A DNA stretch of 64,000 nucleotides from Squalus acanthias. Taxonomy: Eukaryota. Position 1 is the first letter of the stretch, and each line of letters starts with the position of its first letter. The stretch is from positions 39,310,001 to 39,374,000 of the forward strand of contig CM059432.1 of NCBI GenBank assembly GCA_030390025.1, read 5' to 3'. A program made the translations under genes and the position numbers. Of this stretch, positions 24,865 through 37,499 are shown piece after piece. Below the pieces are notes generated by a model that did not search any database, had not been told where the DNA came from, and saw only the letters and a list, made by a program, of their open reading frames with translations.

Positions 24865-26663
24865 TCATAGTCTTAGAGTCATAACGGCTAGAAGGAGGCC
24901 ATTCGGCCCATCGAGTCTGTGCCGGCTCTCTGTAGAGCAATCCAGTCGGTCCCATTCCCCCGCTCTATCCCCGTAGCCCTACAAGTTTATTTCACTCAAG
25001 TTCCTATCCAGTCCCCCCTTGAAAACATGAGTGTCTCCGCTTCCACCACTTCCGTCGAAAGCGAGTTCCAGGTCCTCACCACTCGCTGCGTAAAAAAGTT
25101 TTTCCTCACGTCCCCCCTGTATCTCTTGCCCAAAACCTTAAATCTGTGTCCCATAGTCCTTGTACCATCAACTAGTGGGAACAGCCTTTCCCCGTCTAGC
25201 CTATCCAAACCCGTCATAATCTTGTACACCTCTATCAAATCACCCCTCAACCTCCTTTGCTCTAATGAAAACAAATCCAGCTTCTCCAACCTGTCCTTGT
25301 AGCTAAGATCCCCCATCCCCGGAACCATTCTGGTAAATCTCCTCTGCACTCTCTCAAGGGCCTTCACATCCTTCCTAAAGTGTGGTGACCAGAACTGGAG
25401 GCAATACTCCAGTTGTGGCCTAACCAGCGCTTTATAAAGGTTCAGCATAACTTCTCTACTTTTGTACTCAATACCTCTATTTATGAAGCCCAAGATCCCA
25501 TATGCTTTGTTAACCACTCTCTCAATATGTCCTACCACCTTCAGGGACCTGTGCACATTAACTCCCAGGTCCCGCTTTCCCTGCACACTCTTTATAACTG
25601 TGCCATTAAGTGTATATTGCCTCTCCCTGTTCCTTCTGCCAAAATGCATCATCTCACACTTCTCTGTATTAAATTCCATCTGCCACTTGTCTGCCCATTC
25701 TGTTAGCCTTTCTACGTCCTGTTGCAGTCGATTGGTATCATCATCACTGTCTGCCACACCCCCAAGTTTGGTGTCATCGGCAAATTTAGAAATTCTACTC
25801 TGTATTCCAATATCCAGGTCATTTATATATATATAACAAAAAAAGCAGTGGCCCCAGCACTGACCCTTGGGGAACACTCCTGTCTACCATCCTCCAGTCT
25901 GAAAAACAGCCATTTACCAAAACTCGCTGTTTTCTGTCCTTAAGCCAATTCCTTATCCAAGCTGCCACTTACCCACCTATTCCATGAACCTCAATTTTGT
26001 TAACCAGCCTTCTATGTGGGACTTTGTCAAAAGCCTTCCTAAAATCCATGTAGACAACTTCCACTGCATTCCCTTCGTCAATCCTCTGTTACGTCATCAA
26101 AAAATTCAATTAGATTAGTCAAACACGATCTGCCTTTTACAAATCCGTGTTGGCTCTCCTTAATTAGCTTAAACCTCTCCAAGTGCCCGTTAATTTTTTC
26201 CTTGATTATTGTTTCAAAACCATTACCCACCACTGATGTTAAACTGACTGGCCTGTAGTTACTAGGATTGTCCTTATACCCTTTCTTGAACAGTGGTGTC
26301 ACATTTGCCACTTTACAATCCTCAGGCACCTCCCCCGCATCTAGGGAAGATTGCAAAATTATGGCAAGCTCTTCCGCTATCTCCTGCCCCAATTCCCTTA
26401 GCAACCTAGGATGCAAGCCATCTGGACCAGGTGACTTGTCCACTCTAAGCATACCCAGCCTTTCTAGTACATCCTGTCTATCAATTTTCACCCCTTCCAT
26501 TGCTTCTACCTTTTCCACTTCTACTGATATTTTGTCAGCATCCGCCTCCTTAGTAAATACCGATACAAAGTACTCATTGAGTATTCTAGCCTTGCCCTGC
26601 GCCTCTAAGCATATAACACCTTCTTTGTCTCGAATAGGCCCCACCCCACCTCTTACTACCCGT
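24865..26663 (-). mobile_element. 5'-truncated CR1 LINE (RT region)
   Basis: ORFs 24996-25877 and 26078-26660: KSPGPDG, NYRPVSLTS, QHGF, FADD, NFFTQRVV; possible TSD GAGGAGGAG at 24856-24864 and 26664-26672. Confidence 0.95.
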
Positions 26664-27562
26664 GAGGAGGAGGAAAAAGAACATAAGAACATAAGAAATA
26701 AGAGCAGGAGTAGGCCATACGGCCCCTCGAGCCTGCTCCGCCAGTCAATAAGATCATTGCTGATCATCAACCTCAACTCCACTTTCCCGCCCGATCTCCA
26801 TATCCCTTGATTCCCCTAGAGTCCAAAAATCTATCTATCTCAGCCTTGAATATACTCAAAGACTCAGCATTCACAGCCCTCTGGGGCAGAGAATTCCAAA
26901 GATTCACAACCCTCTGAGTGAAGAAATTCCTCCTCATCTCAGTCTTAAATGGCCTACCCATTATCCTGAGACTATGCCCCCTAGTTCTAGACACTCCAGC
27001 CAGGGGAAACTACCTCTCAGCATCTACCCTGTCAATCCCCTTCAGAATCTTATATGTTTCAATGAGATCACCTCTCATTCTTCTAAATTCCAGAGAGTAT
27101 AGGCCCATTCTGCACAATCTCTCATCATAGGACAGCCCTCTCATCCCAGGAATCAATCTAGTGAACCTTCGTTGCACCACCTCCATGGCAAGTATATCCT
27201 TCCTTAGATAAGGAGACCAAAACTGTGCACAGTACTCCAGATGTGGTCTCACCTAGGCCCTGTACAATTGTAGCAAGACTTCCTTACTCTTATACTCCAA
27301 CCCCCTTGCAATAAAGGCCAACATGCCATTTGCCTTCCTTACTGCTTGCTGTACCTGCATGCTAGCTTTCTGTGTTTCTTGCACGAGGACACCCAAATCT
27401 CTCTGAACACCAACATTTGAAAGTTTCTCACCATTTAAAAAATATTCTGTTTTTCTATTCTTCCTACCAAAGTGAATAACCTCATATTTCTCTACATTAA
27501 ACTCCACCTGCCACCTTACTGCCCACTCACTTAGTCTATCTATATCCCTTTGCAGACTCTAT

Positions 27563-28239
27563 GGGCTGGATTTTCATTGACCCGTGTAGGCGGGTTTGGA
27601 GGCGTGTGGGGGGTTAAAATTGCAAAAAGTGGCGGGCAGGCACAAGTCCGCCTCCATCCCGCCTCCACGCAATTTTGATGAAATCGTGTCTGCTGGTCCC
27701 GACTGCGTCCCGCCTTTAAGAGACGGGATAGGCTGTTAAGGCCCTTAGCAAGCACTAAATTGGTTCTATAATGCCATTTTGAAAGGCCTTTCTGATTTTA
27801 ACCCTTGTTCTACGTGAAGCACGCCTGTTCTGAAACACGATTGTGAAACCTGGCGGGAGCACATGTGGATAGCTGAATATCAGTGGCTGCGCTGAGTATC
27901 AGTGAGAGGCTGGCTGGCATCTGGGAGTGGTGGAGCAAAAACAAATTCTCTCTCTCTCTCTCTCTCTCTGACTTAGAGCTGCTGCTCATTTTGCATCCAG
28001 GTCCTCTCACAGCAAAGGCCAGGCAGTCTCTGACCTTCAATGCAGCATCAATGAAGATATCATCAGAGGCGACTTTCAGACTGAAACCACTAATTGGTTC
28101 ATGGGTTCCCACATGCTGGAACTCAATTGCCCAATTAGGTGAAAATTGCATCAATCTCCCACATCCAATTGCAGTCGGGTGGATAACACGAAATGTGGAT
28201 GACATGAACCCAACCCGCCCCAGTATCAAAATCCAGCCC
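27563..28239. mobile_element. Harbinger-type MITE (second family) inside CR1
   Basis: 12-bp perfect TIR GGGCTGGATTTT/AAAATCCAGCCC; flanks TAT/TCT; homologous to 41317-42060. Confidence 0.9.
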
Positions 28240-28462
28240 TCTGTGTTCTCCTCACAGCTTACTGTCCCACCTAGCTTTGGATCATCAGCAAACTTGTATA
28301 CATTATACTCGGTCCCTTCATCTAGGTCATTTATAGATTGTCAACAGCTGAGGCCCCAACACTGTTCCTTGCAGCACCCCACTAGTTACAGCCTGCCAAC
28401 CTGAAAAAGTTCAGTTTATCCCTACTCTCTGTTTTCTGTCCATTAACCAATCCTCTATCCAT

Positions 28463-28623
28463 AAGAACATTAGAACATAAGACAAAGGAGCAGGAGTAGG
28501 TCATTTGGCCCCTCGAGCCTGCTCCGCCATTCAATAAGATCATGACTGATCTGATCTTGGCCTCAACTCCATTTCCCTGCCCGTTCCCCATAATCCTTGA
28601 CTCCCTTGTCGTTCAAAAATCTG
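28463..28623 (-). mobile_element. Very short CR1 3' tail inserted into CR1
   Basis: CR1 3' UTR flanked by a TCTATCCAT direct repeat (28454-28462, 28624-28632). Confidence 0.88.
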
Positions 28624-29951
28624 TCTATCCATGCTATTATATTACCCCCAACCCCATGAGCCCTAATCTTGTGTAATAAACTTTTATGTGGCACCTTATC
28701 GAATGCCTTTTTTAGAAATCCAAATATATTACATCCGCTGGTTCCCCTTTATCTACCCTGCTAGTTACATCCTCAAAAAAGTCTAATAAATATGTCAAAC
28801 ACGATTTCCCTTTCATAAAACCATGTTGACCCTGCCTAATCATGTCATGATTTTCTAAGTGACTTGATACCACTTCCTTAATAATGGATTCCAGCATTTT
28901 CCCGATGACTGATGTCAGGCTAACTGGCCTGTAGTTCCCTGTTTCTTGAATAGCGGTGTTACATTTGCGACCTTCCAATCCGCTGGGACCATTCCAGAAT
29001 CTAGGGTATTTTGGAAAATCAAAACCAATGCATCCACTGTCTCTTCAGCCACCTCTTTTAGAACCCTAGGATGTAGGCCGTCAGGGCCAGGGGATGTGTC
29101 GGCTTTTAGTCCCATTAGTTTCTCTAGTACTTTTTCTCTACTTATATTAATTACGTTAAGTTCCTCACCCTCATTAGACCCTTGGTTCCCCACCATTTTT
29201 GGTATGCTTTTTGTGTCTTCTACTGTGAAGGCAGATACAAAATATTTGTTTAACGTTTCTGCCATTTCCTTATTCCCCATAATAATTTCTCCTGTCTCAG
29301 CCTCTAAGGGACCAATGTTTACCTTTGCTACTCTTTTCCTTTTTACATACTTGTAGAAACTCTTACAATCTGTTTTTATATTTCTTGCTAGTTTTCTCTC
29401 ATATTCTATTTTTTTACCTTTTTATCAATGTTTTGGTCAACCTTTGCTGGTTTCTGAAACTCTCCCAATCCTCAGGCTTACTATTATTCTTTACAACATT
29501 ATAAGCTTCTTCTTTCAATCTAATGCTATCTTTAACTTCTTTAGTTAGCCACAGTTGGATCACTTTTCCCGTGGAGTTTTTGTTTCTCAATGGAATGTAT
29601 TTTTGTTGAGAATTATGAAATATTTCTTTAAATGCTAGCCACTGCTTATCTACCACCATACCTTTTAATCTATTTTTCCAATCTACCTTAGCCAACTCAC
29701 CCCTTATACCTATGTAATTGGCTTTATTTAAGTTTAAGACTCTAGTTTCAGACTTAAGCAAGTCACTCTCAAAATTAACGTGAAGTTCTATCATATTATG
29801 ATCACTCTGCCCCAGAGGATTCTTTACTATGAGATTGCTAATTAACCCTGTCTCATTACACAATACAAGATCTAAAATAGCCTGTTCCCTGGTTGGTTCC
29901 ATGACATATTGTTCGAAGAAACTGTCCCAAATGCATTCCATGAACTCAACC

Positions 29952-30577
29952 CTTCTTTGACTTCTCTGTCTCCATTTCTGGTGATAGGCTATTAACAAAC
30001 ATCCACTACAAGCCCACTGACTCCCACAGCTACCTGGACTACAATTCCTCGCACTCCGCTTCCTGTAAGGACTCTATTCCATTCCCCCAGTTTCTCCGTC
30101 TCCGCCGCATCTGTTCTGACGATACCACCTTCCATACCAGTGCTTCCGATATGTCTTCCTTTTTCCTCAACCGAGGATTCCCCTCTACTGTGGGGATGCA
30201 TCGCACTAACTACGCCCCTGGGATACACAAGCACTGCGCGCCGGCAGCTGCAGGAGGCTCAGGAGCTGAAGTCCCCGTGGGCCCAGAGGTCAACAGCAGG
30301 CGCGGTAGGTAGGTGCGCGCGGGATCCTTGCACCCGCGGGAAGCCAGGGAGCCTAATTTCTGGGCCAATATCTCTCCTGCCTTCTACCCTAGCACAGACT
30401 ATTCCTTCAGATCCTCCCCCCCACTTCCCCCCCCCGCCTCTGCACCTGCTTAAAATCTGTTACATCTCCAGCTTTTTCCAGCTCTGAAGAAGGGTCCCAG
30501 ACCTCTCATGTTAACTCTGTTTCTCTCTCCACGGATTCTGCCTGGCCTGCTGAGTATTTCCAGCATTTTCTGTTGTT
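29952..30577 (+). mobile_element. Penelope-like retroelement fragment (RT C-terminus plus tail), interrupted by a GC-rich MITE-like piece at ~30195-30367
   Basis: Manual translation gives HYKPTDSHSYLDYNSSH..SCKDSIPFPQFLRLRRICSD, typical of the Penelope RT C-terminus; same tail as 13790-13917. Confidence 0.9.
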
Positions 30578-32097
30578 ACTCCAGACTACCTTTGCCAATT
30601 TCATTTGTCCAGTCTATATGAAGATTAAAGTCCCCCAAGATTATTGCATTACCTTTGTTGCAAGCTTCTCCTATTTCTTGATTAATATTCTGTCCAACAG
30701 TATAACTACTGTTAGGGGGCCTATATACTACTCCTACCAGTGTTTTCTGCCCCTTGTTATTCCTTATCTCCACCCATACTGATTCTATTTCCTGATCTTC
30801 CGAGCCGAGATCCTTTCTCGCTACTGTGTCATCCTTTATTATCAGGGCTACTCCCACTCCTTTTCCATTCTGCCTGTCTTTTCAAAACGTCAAGTACCCT
30901 GGAACATTTAGTTCTCAACCTTGGCCACTTTGCAACCATGTCTCTGTAATGGCTATTACATCAAACCCATTTATCTCTATTTGTGCCAATAGTTCGTCTA
31001 TCTTGTTACGAATGCTTCGTGCATTCAGATAAAGAGCCTTTAATTTACATTTTTTACCATTATTCCCTGCTTTGACCTTATTCTCTGCTGCACTGCTACC
31101 ATTAAACTGTCTGTCCCTTCCTGCCACACTCTGCTTGTTTTTACCCAATTCGCTACACTGCTCTATTGCCTTGACCTTTCTCTTTAGATTTCTAAATTTC
31201 CCCTCACATGACCCCTCCCACCCTTTTTTAGTTTAAAGCCCTATCTACAGCCCTAGTTATTCGATTCATCAGGACTCTGGTCCCAGCCTGGTTTAAGTGG
31301 AGCCCGTCCTGACAGAACAGCTCCCTCTTTTCCCAGTACTGGTGCCAGTGCCCCATGAATTGAAACCCCTTTTTCCCACACCACTCTTTCAGCCACGTAT
31401 TTAACTCTCTGATCTGCTTGACCCTATGCCAATTTGCGTGTGGCTCAGGTAGTAATCCAGGGATTATTACCCTTGTGGTTCTGCTTATTAATTTAGATTC
31501 TAGCTCCTCAAACTCCCTCAACAAAACTTCATTCTTAGTTCTACCTATGTCATTGGTTTCTACATGGACCACGACAACTGGATCCTTCCCCTCCCACTCC
31601 AAGTTCTTCTCCAGCCGCGAGGAGATATCCTTAACCCTGGCACTGGGCAGGCAACACAGCCTTCAAGACTCTATTTTGCGGCTGCAGAGAACAGTATCTA
31701 TCCCCCTGACTATACTGTTCCCTACTACTACCACATTCCTTCCTTCTTCCCCCACTCGGATGGCCCCCTGTACCACAGTGCCGTGGTCAGTTTGCCCATC
31801 CTCCCTGCAGTCCTTTTCCTCATCCATACAGGTAGAAAGTACCTCGTACCTGTTGGACAAGGTCCAGGGCTGAGGCTCCTCCATCACTACATCCTGGGTC
31901 CCCATACCTTCCTGACTCGCGGTCACACCCTCCTGTCCCCTGACCACTGATGAACTCTAAAGTACTACTTAACCTAAAGGGTGTGACTGCCTCCTGGAAC
32001 AAAGTGTCCAGGTAACCCTCCCCCTCCCTGATGCATCGCAATGTCTGCAGCTCGTACTCCAGCTCAACAATTCTGAGCCGAAGTTCCTCGAGCTGCT

Positions 32098-33780
32098 CTG
32101 GGCCTGTAAGGCCCGGTTGTAGACTACACCACCTCAGCATGGGCGGCAACAGTCTGGGCTGGCTGGATGACAGGCAGCAACAAGGGCAATGGCAGAGTGG
32201 CAGTTGTGGGAGCAGGAATGCTATCATCCTGAGAGAGGAGCGCAGGTTCCTGCTCCATTGACCCACAGCCACTCCTCCAGGGCAGCACCTCAGCATCCCT
32301 AGCAATCTGTTGGAGCACAGATTGCAGGCCTCCTGCGACACCGTGAAAGCCCCGGTCGACAGTGGGAGACCCAACCACGATGGCAGCAGTCAGAAGCTGA
32401 GACTGCATGAGAGCAGTCTGAGATTGGATGCCACCAAGCATAGACTGCATTACAACACTAAAGCATTGTGTCGCTTCCGCCTGTGCTGTAATGGAAGCTG
32501 CCAGATCGCCCATCACACACTGCATCAGGTCTAGGTCACCACAATCTATCTGGGAGTCTACCATCCTTTGCAGACTAGAAATGATGGGCTCCATGGTGTG
32601 CGCAGAGCCTTGTGTAATGTTGGAGGTGGACTCCTCCACGCTCCTTACCATTGCTGAGAGGCTGTCGGGCACCCTTGCCAGTGCACCTATCATCTCCGTG
32701 TGCATGCCCATGACCCTTCTTCTAAAGGCCTCCCCATCAAGGTCCTCATCTGAGTCCTGTGCAGCAGAACTTGCCCTCCAGGGTTAGCTGGCCCCCGAGC
32801 TACCCTTTCCCCCTGGCCTTGCTGCAGCCCACTCCTTCCTGGTGCCTCACCCTGTGCAGATCCCGCTACTATACTAGCCTCTAAAGAATGCACAGTACCA
32901 GTATCTGAGCTGGTGCCTGCGGGTGAGACATGCAGTGACACGGTGTGTTCTACCTCGTCCTCTTCTCCCACTTTGCTCTCAACGGTGCCCTCAGGGACAG
33001 GCTGCTCAGGTGCTTGCTGATTATCTGAAAGCATAAAGGCACAAGAGTTGGGTTAAGGTGAGGGGAGGGGGGCAGGAAGGGAGAAATGCATGCATACAGC
33101 ATGATTAGCTGGAAAGTGCGAAACGCTTGTGAGGTGAGGGGGAAGTGGGATGTGAGAAGAAATGAGTAGGGATGAACATACCATTGTTAACATCGCTGGT
33201 GGCCACGGCACCCACCGCCTGGCACCCAATAATCTGCAACACTCTATCTTCCAGCGCAGACAGTGTTTGGGTGTCGGCTTGTCCCCCGCCTGTGCGCTCC
33301 TGCTCCCTCCTGTTGTGAGCCACCTTGGCCTGCAAGAGAAAGGAAAGTGTGTGAGTGAGTGTGGCGCAATGTGTTTGGGTGATGTACCTGCCATCGTTGA
33401 ATAGCTGTGGGTGTGAGTGTTGGTAGGTAGAGATTACTGCTGGGTGAGTGCGGGGGGTGTGGTGCTTTGGACAGTGTGTGCAGACTGTGGTTCAGATGGT
33501 GGTAGTAGCATTTGGTGAAGCATTGACTCACACTCACCCTGACGACCCGAGTGAGGTCGTAAAATTTCTTCTTGCACTGCGTATGGGTCCTGGGGACCAC
33601 AGTGCTGCCCGAGACGTTCTGGGCTACCTCGCTCCACATGGCGTGGAAGACTTGTGGCAAGGGCCTCCTGCCACTTGCTGGATGGAGCACTGCCCTCCGT
33701 CTCTCCACAGCGAAGACCAATGCCTCAAATGCTTGATCGCAGAATCTGCGGGCTCTCTCCCTGGGGCGTGAATCTGCCAT
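32098..33780 (-). pseudogene. Harbinger Myb/SANT-like DNA-binding gene, three exons (33780-33538, 33329-33182, 33024 to ~32098), frameshift in exon 3, cut by CR1
   Basis: RERARRFCDQAFEALV...W.EVA...RT..QCKKKFYDL is a Myb/SANT (NAIF1/MSANTD-like) domain; GT-AG introns in phases 0 and 1 join the exons in frame. Confidence 0.9.
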
Positions 33781-34185
33781 CAGTACAGCTGCTTGAGTTG
33801 TCCGGCTCCTGCTACTTGACCTGTTGTTGCTTGCTGAGACAGCTGCACAGCCAGCAATGCTGAGAATGAGGTTCTGCAGCATCAATAAACCTCCCCTTTA
33901 AGAACTGGAAATAGCCTGTTGCAATGATGATTTGCGATTAGACTGCACGCGATATTGGTCCACCCTTTGATTGTAACGCCAATGAGCTTGGGCTTTAATG
34001 TTTGATTTAGCGCTCCAATTATTTCTTTGAGCAGTTAGCGTTAATTTTGCGTGCAGTCTAAAGTATTAGCGCTTAGCGCTAATTCTCAACCTTTCCTAAA
34101 GATACCACCATTCCTGGGCTATAATGAATTTCTAGCCCATATTATTTCTTGTTATATATTTATGTTATAATGTTTTCTTTTTGTC

Positions 34186-34929
34186 AATGACAAAGTCCAA
34201 CACCGCCTTCAGTGTGCCAGTGCAGCCTTCGGTCGCCTGAGGAAGAGAGTGTTTGAAGACCAGGACCTCAAATCCGGCACTAAGCTCATGGTCTACAGAG
34301 CAGTAGTGATACCCGCCCTCCTGTATGCTTCAGAGACATGGACCATGTACAGCAGGCACCTCAAAGCACTGGCGAGGTACCACCAACGCTGCCTCCGCAA
34401 GATCCTGAAAATCCATTGGCAGGATAGGCGCAGCAACATCAGTGTTCTTGCTCAGGCCAACATCCCCAGCATCAAAGCCCTGACCACGCTCGATCAGCTC
34501 CGATGGACGGGCCACATCGTCCGCATGCCCGATACGAGACTCCCAAAACAAGCGCTCTACTCGAAACTCCAACATGGCAAGAGAGCCCCAGTGACACCCT
34601 CAAAGCCTCCTTGAAAAAATGCAACGTCCCCACCGACACCTGGGAATCCCTGGCTCAAGACAGCACAAAGTGGAGGAGAAGCATCCGGAAAGGCACCGAA
34701 CACCTCGAGCCTCTTCGCCGGGAGCAAGCAGAAGCCAAGCGCAAACAGCAGAAGGAGCGCACGTCAACCCAAGCACCCCACCCACCCACCCCTTCAACCA
34801 CCGTCTGCCCCACCTGTGACAGAGACTGTAGGTCCCGCATTGGACTCATCAGTCACCCGAGAACTCATTTTTAATGTGGAAGCAAATCATCCTCGGTTCC
34901 GAGGGACTGCCTAAGAAGAGAAAGAAGAA
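34186..34929 (+). mobile_element. RTE-clade LINE 3' fragment
   Basis: ASAAFGRL, VYRAVV.PALLY.SETWT, HQRCLRKIL, QLRW.GH..RM, RLPKQ, C-terminal CPTC..CRSRIGLISH; GAA-rich tail. Confidence 0.92.
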
Positions 34930-35526
34930 TGTTTTCTTTTATTGGCTTAGAATTGGTCTTATACCAAATAATAATGAATTAAATTCATAATAAATTTAAA
35001 AGTTGCAGAAAAATACAGAGGCAAAGATTTGTTGTGAAGCAACTATTATCACAATAAGTTCTTTTAATTGGTAATATTTACCTTTGATCTCTCTTTTGAC
35101 AGATATTGTAAAATAAAAATATATTTTTCAAATAGAAAAATTCCAACTTGAAGATTTTAATATTGACAGAACCCATTAGAATGAAACAAATGTCATTTTT
35201 CTCGACACGTTCATCTCACATAACATCATCAGAATTCCAACTGCACACTTTATGTGATTAAACTTTGCAATGACAAAACTAACACCAGCGCTTGTGCCAA
35301 TGCAACAACAATTAAACCATACTCACTGTTCATATGTAAGATAATAGCACCAATGGGTCTCATATGGAAGCAGCTGCAAAAATGTCCGTACATAATTTCC
35401 TCAGACTAATTTTAAAATTCATAGTCTGCTATGTACAAATCGATTCTTAAAGTATGAAGAATGCTAGCATGTGAAAGCAGATGTTTGTAAAATGCCAGTG
35501 ATGAATCTATTCTGTCATGCACAGCT

Positions 35527-35851
35527 GTTGTCATAGCAACAAATTAACATCATCTGTTTTGTTTGTTCTCTTAAAAAAGGCGGCTCATCATTGCAAGCCT
35601 GCCTGCCTGCCAACATAAGCAGAATCACCGCAATCAAAATAATTGCAACACGTTCCTGCACAAGCTCCAATTGACCAACAAGGAAAGTGTGAAAGGGCAG
35701 GAGGGATTGATTGCACAGACAGGATGATCCTCATATGGGTACTTGAGCTCTCACTGTTTCGAGTGGGGGAAACCCAGCCAATCAGTAAAAGAATATCCGA
35801 AAAACAGGAAGGCAAAAAAAAATTCACAATTATAAATATTAAACGGTAAGC
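35527..35851 (+). promoter_or_regulatory. Candidate promoter/first exon: RFX X-box, forkhead-like sites, CCAAT boxes, splice donor
   Basis: GTTGTCATAGCAAC at 35527-35540, TGTTTTGTTTG nearby, CCAAT at ~35667 and ~35778, donor ACG|GTAAGC at 35845/6. Motifs only. Confidence 0.3.
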
Positions 35852-36539
35852 ATTTTAAAAAGAATACCTGGCAAAGTCATTATAAGAGAGATTAAAACAA
35901 ATATGTGAATGCGGGAAATTTGTAATAAAAGCAAAAAATGCTAGAAATGCGCAGCGGAAAGCAAAAGAAAGATTTATATTTTGGGTGAGATAGTTCATTT
36001 GAGGTCTGATACTGGGTCACACCCAAATCATGAACCAATCTTCCTTTTTCTGAGCCAGTACATTTTCAGCTCAGAATATAGGCCAAACGGCACATTAAAA
36101 AGGAATTAGACTGGAAGTGCTGTGGGATACAGGCTCATCATAACTTAAGCTGCAGACATTCGATCATTTTAATTGCAGGGGAAAGGACTGAAAGTACTTA
36201 GAAATTCAGTTTGCTGCAGAAGTGGACGTAGAAATTAGTGAGTGCTGAAGACATCCTTTCCAGTGGGGTTTGGGGACACAATCCCTTTGTCCCAGAAACA
36301 CTTTTAACATTTTATTTGGTACATTTTCAGCCTTTGGAGTCTACTGTAATTTGCATTTTTTTTTCTGGTGCGGCTACAGATAATTTCAATATAAAAAAAC
36401 ATTAGTTTTAGATGTTTCAACATAACTAACAGGATTCAATTCCTTTCTTAGGAATCTGACCCCAGATACAGTATGTTAATTTGTGAACAGAAACCTTTTA
36501 CAACACACACCTACACTAATCCCAATCAACATGCATTCA

Positions 36540-37330
36540 TAGAATTATAGAAACTTACAGTACAGAATGAGGCATTCGGCCCATCGTGCCTGTGCTGGCT
36601 CTTTGAACGAGCAGTCGTACTTAGTCCCACAACCTTGCTTTTTGTCGGTAACTCTGCAAGTTTCTCATCCTCAAGCACCTGTCCAACTTCCTCTTAAAAT
36701 TATTTATGGAATCAGCTTCCACCGCCTTTTCAGGTAGAGCGTTCCAGATCCTGACAACTCTCTGAGTGAAAAGATTTCTCCTCATCTTCCCTCTAGATCT
36801 TTTGCCAATGATTTTGAATCTATGACCTTTGCTTATTGACCCACTCACCAGAGGGAATAGTTTTTCCCTATTTACTCTATCAAAATCTCTCATCATCTTG
36901 AAAACCTCTATTAGGTCACCTCTTAACCTTCTCTGTTCCAAGAAGAACAGTTCTAACTTTCGCAACCTCCCCTCATAACTGAAGTCCCTCATCCCTGGCA
37001 ACATCCTGGTAAATCTCCTCCATACCCTTTCTAAGGCCTTTACATCTTTGCTGAAGTGTGGTGCCCAGCATTGTCCACAATACTCCAGCTGAGGCCTAAC
37101 CAGTGATTTATAAAGTTCTAGCATGACCTCTTTGCTTTTATATTCTATTCCTCTATTTATAAACCCAAGTAACCCATATGCTTTTTAACCACCTTATCAA
37201 CTTGCTCTAAGGATTTGGATTTGTGTACATGGACACCAAGGGGTCTCTGCTCATCTACACTTTTCAAAATTGAGCCATTTATAATACTGTCTTTCCATAT
37301 TAGTCCTTCTACATTCTACATTGACAAGAC
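36540..37330 (-). mobile_element. CR1 3' fragment
   Basis: ORF 36621-37124: LVRPQLEYC, RRLRGDLIEVFK, TQRVVRIWNALP. Confidence 0.93.
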
Positions 37331-37499
37331 AAAATCCAAGTAACCTACTAGTCTAACATGACCTAAAAAACAAAATCGAGGATATTTAGGTGAGATTGTT
37401 GGCATGACTTGATGTATTCTAGATTATTCTGGAGTAAAGATTGGATTAGATACTCCAAAATAATTTAATCTACCATATCCTATTCTTGAATATTACCCA

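Larger units (their letters stand above)
26677..32097 (-). mobile_element. Near full-length CR1 LINE (part of ORF1 plus ORF2), with nested insertions
   Basis: ORF1 esterase (VVVGNSIVRG, VHVETND, DGLHLN) at ~31228-32097; EN (NARSIRNK, AITETW, GDFN, SDHN); RT; (TTCTTATG)n tail at 26677-26695. Confidence 0.95.
14537..34138. mobile_element. PIF/Harbinger DNA transposon (formerly autonomous) with many nested insertions
   Basis: Left end GTCCTAGAAATTCA, right end TGAATTTCTAGCCC (12/14 inverted match); convergent transposase and Myb genes; E-rich transposase tail pieces at 24835-24864 and 26664-26676 between insertions. No clean TSD (AAT vs ATA). Confidence 0.7.

Noticed and set aside
31820..32374. 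Chimeric ORFs across insertion junctions (also 15998-16213, 20645-21238, 26078-26782, 39101-39835)
   Set aside because: Chance read-through across nested element boundaries.
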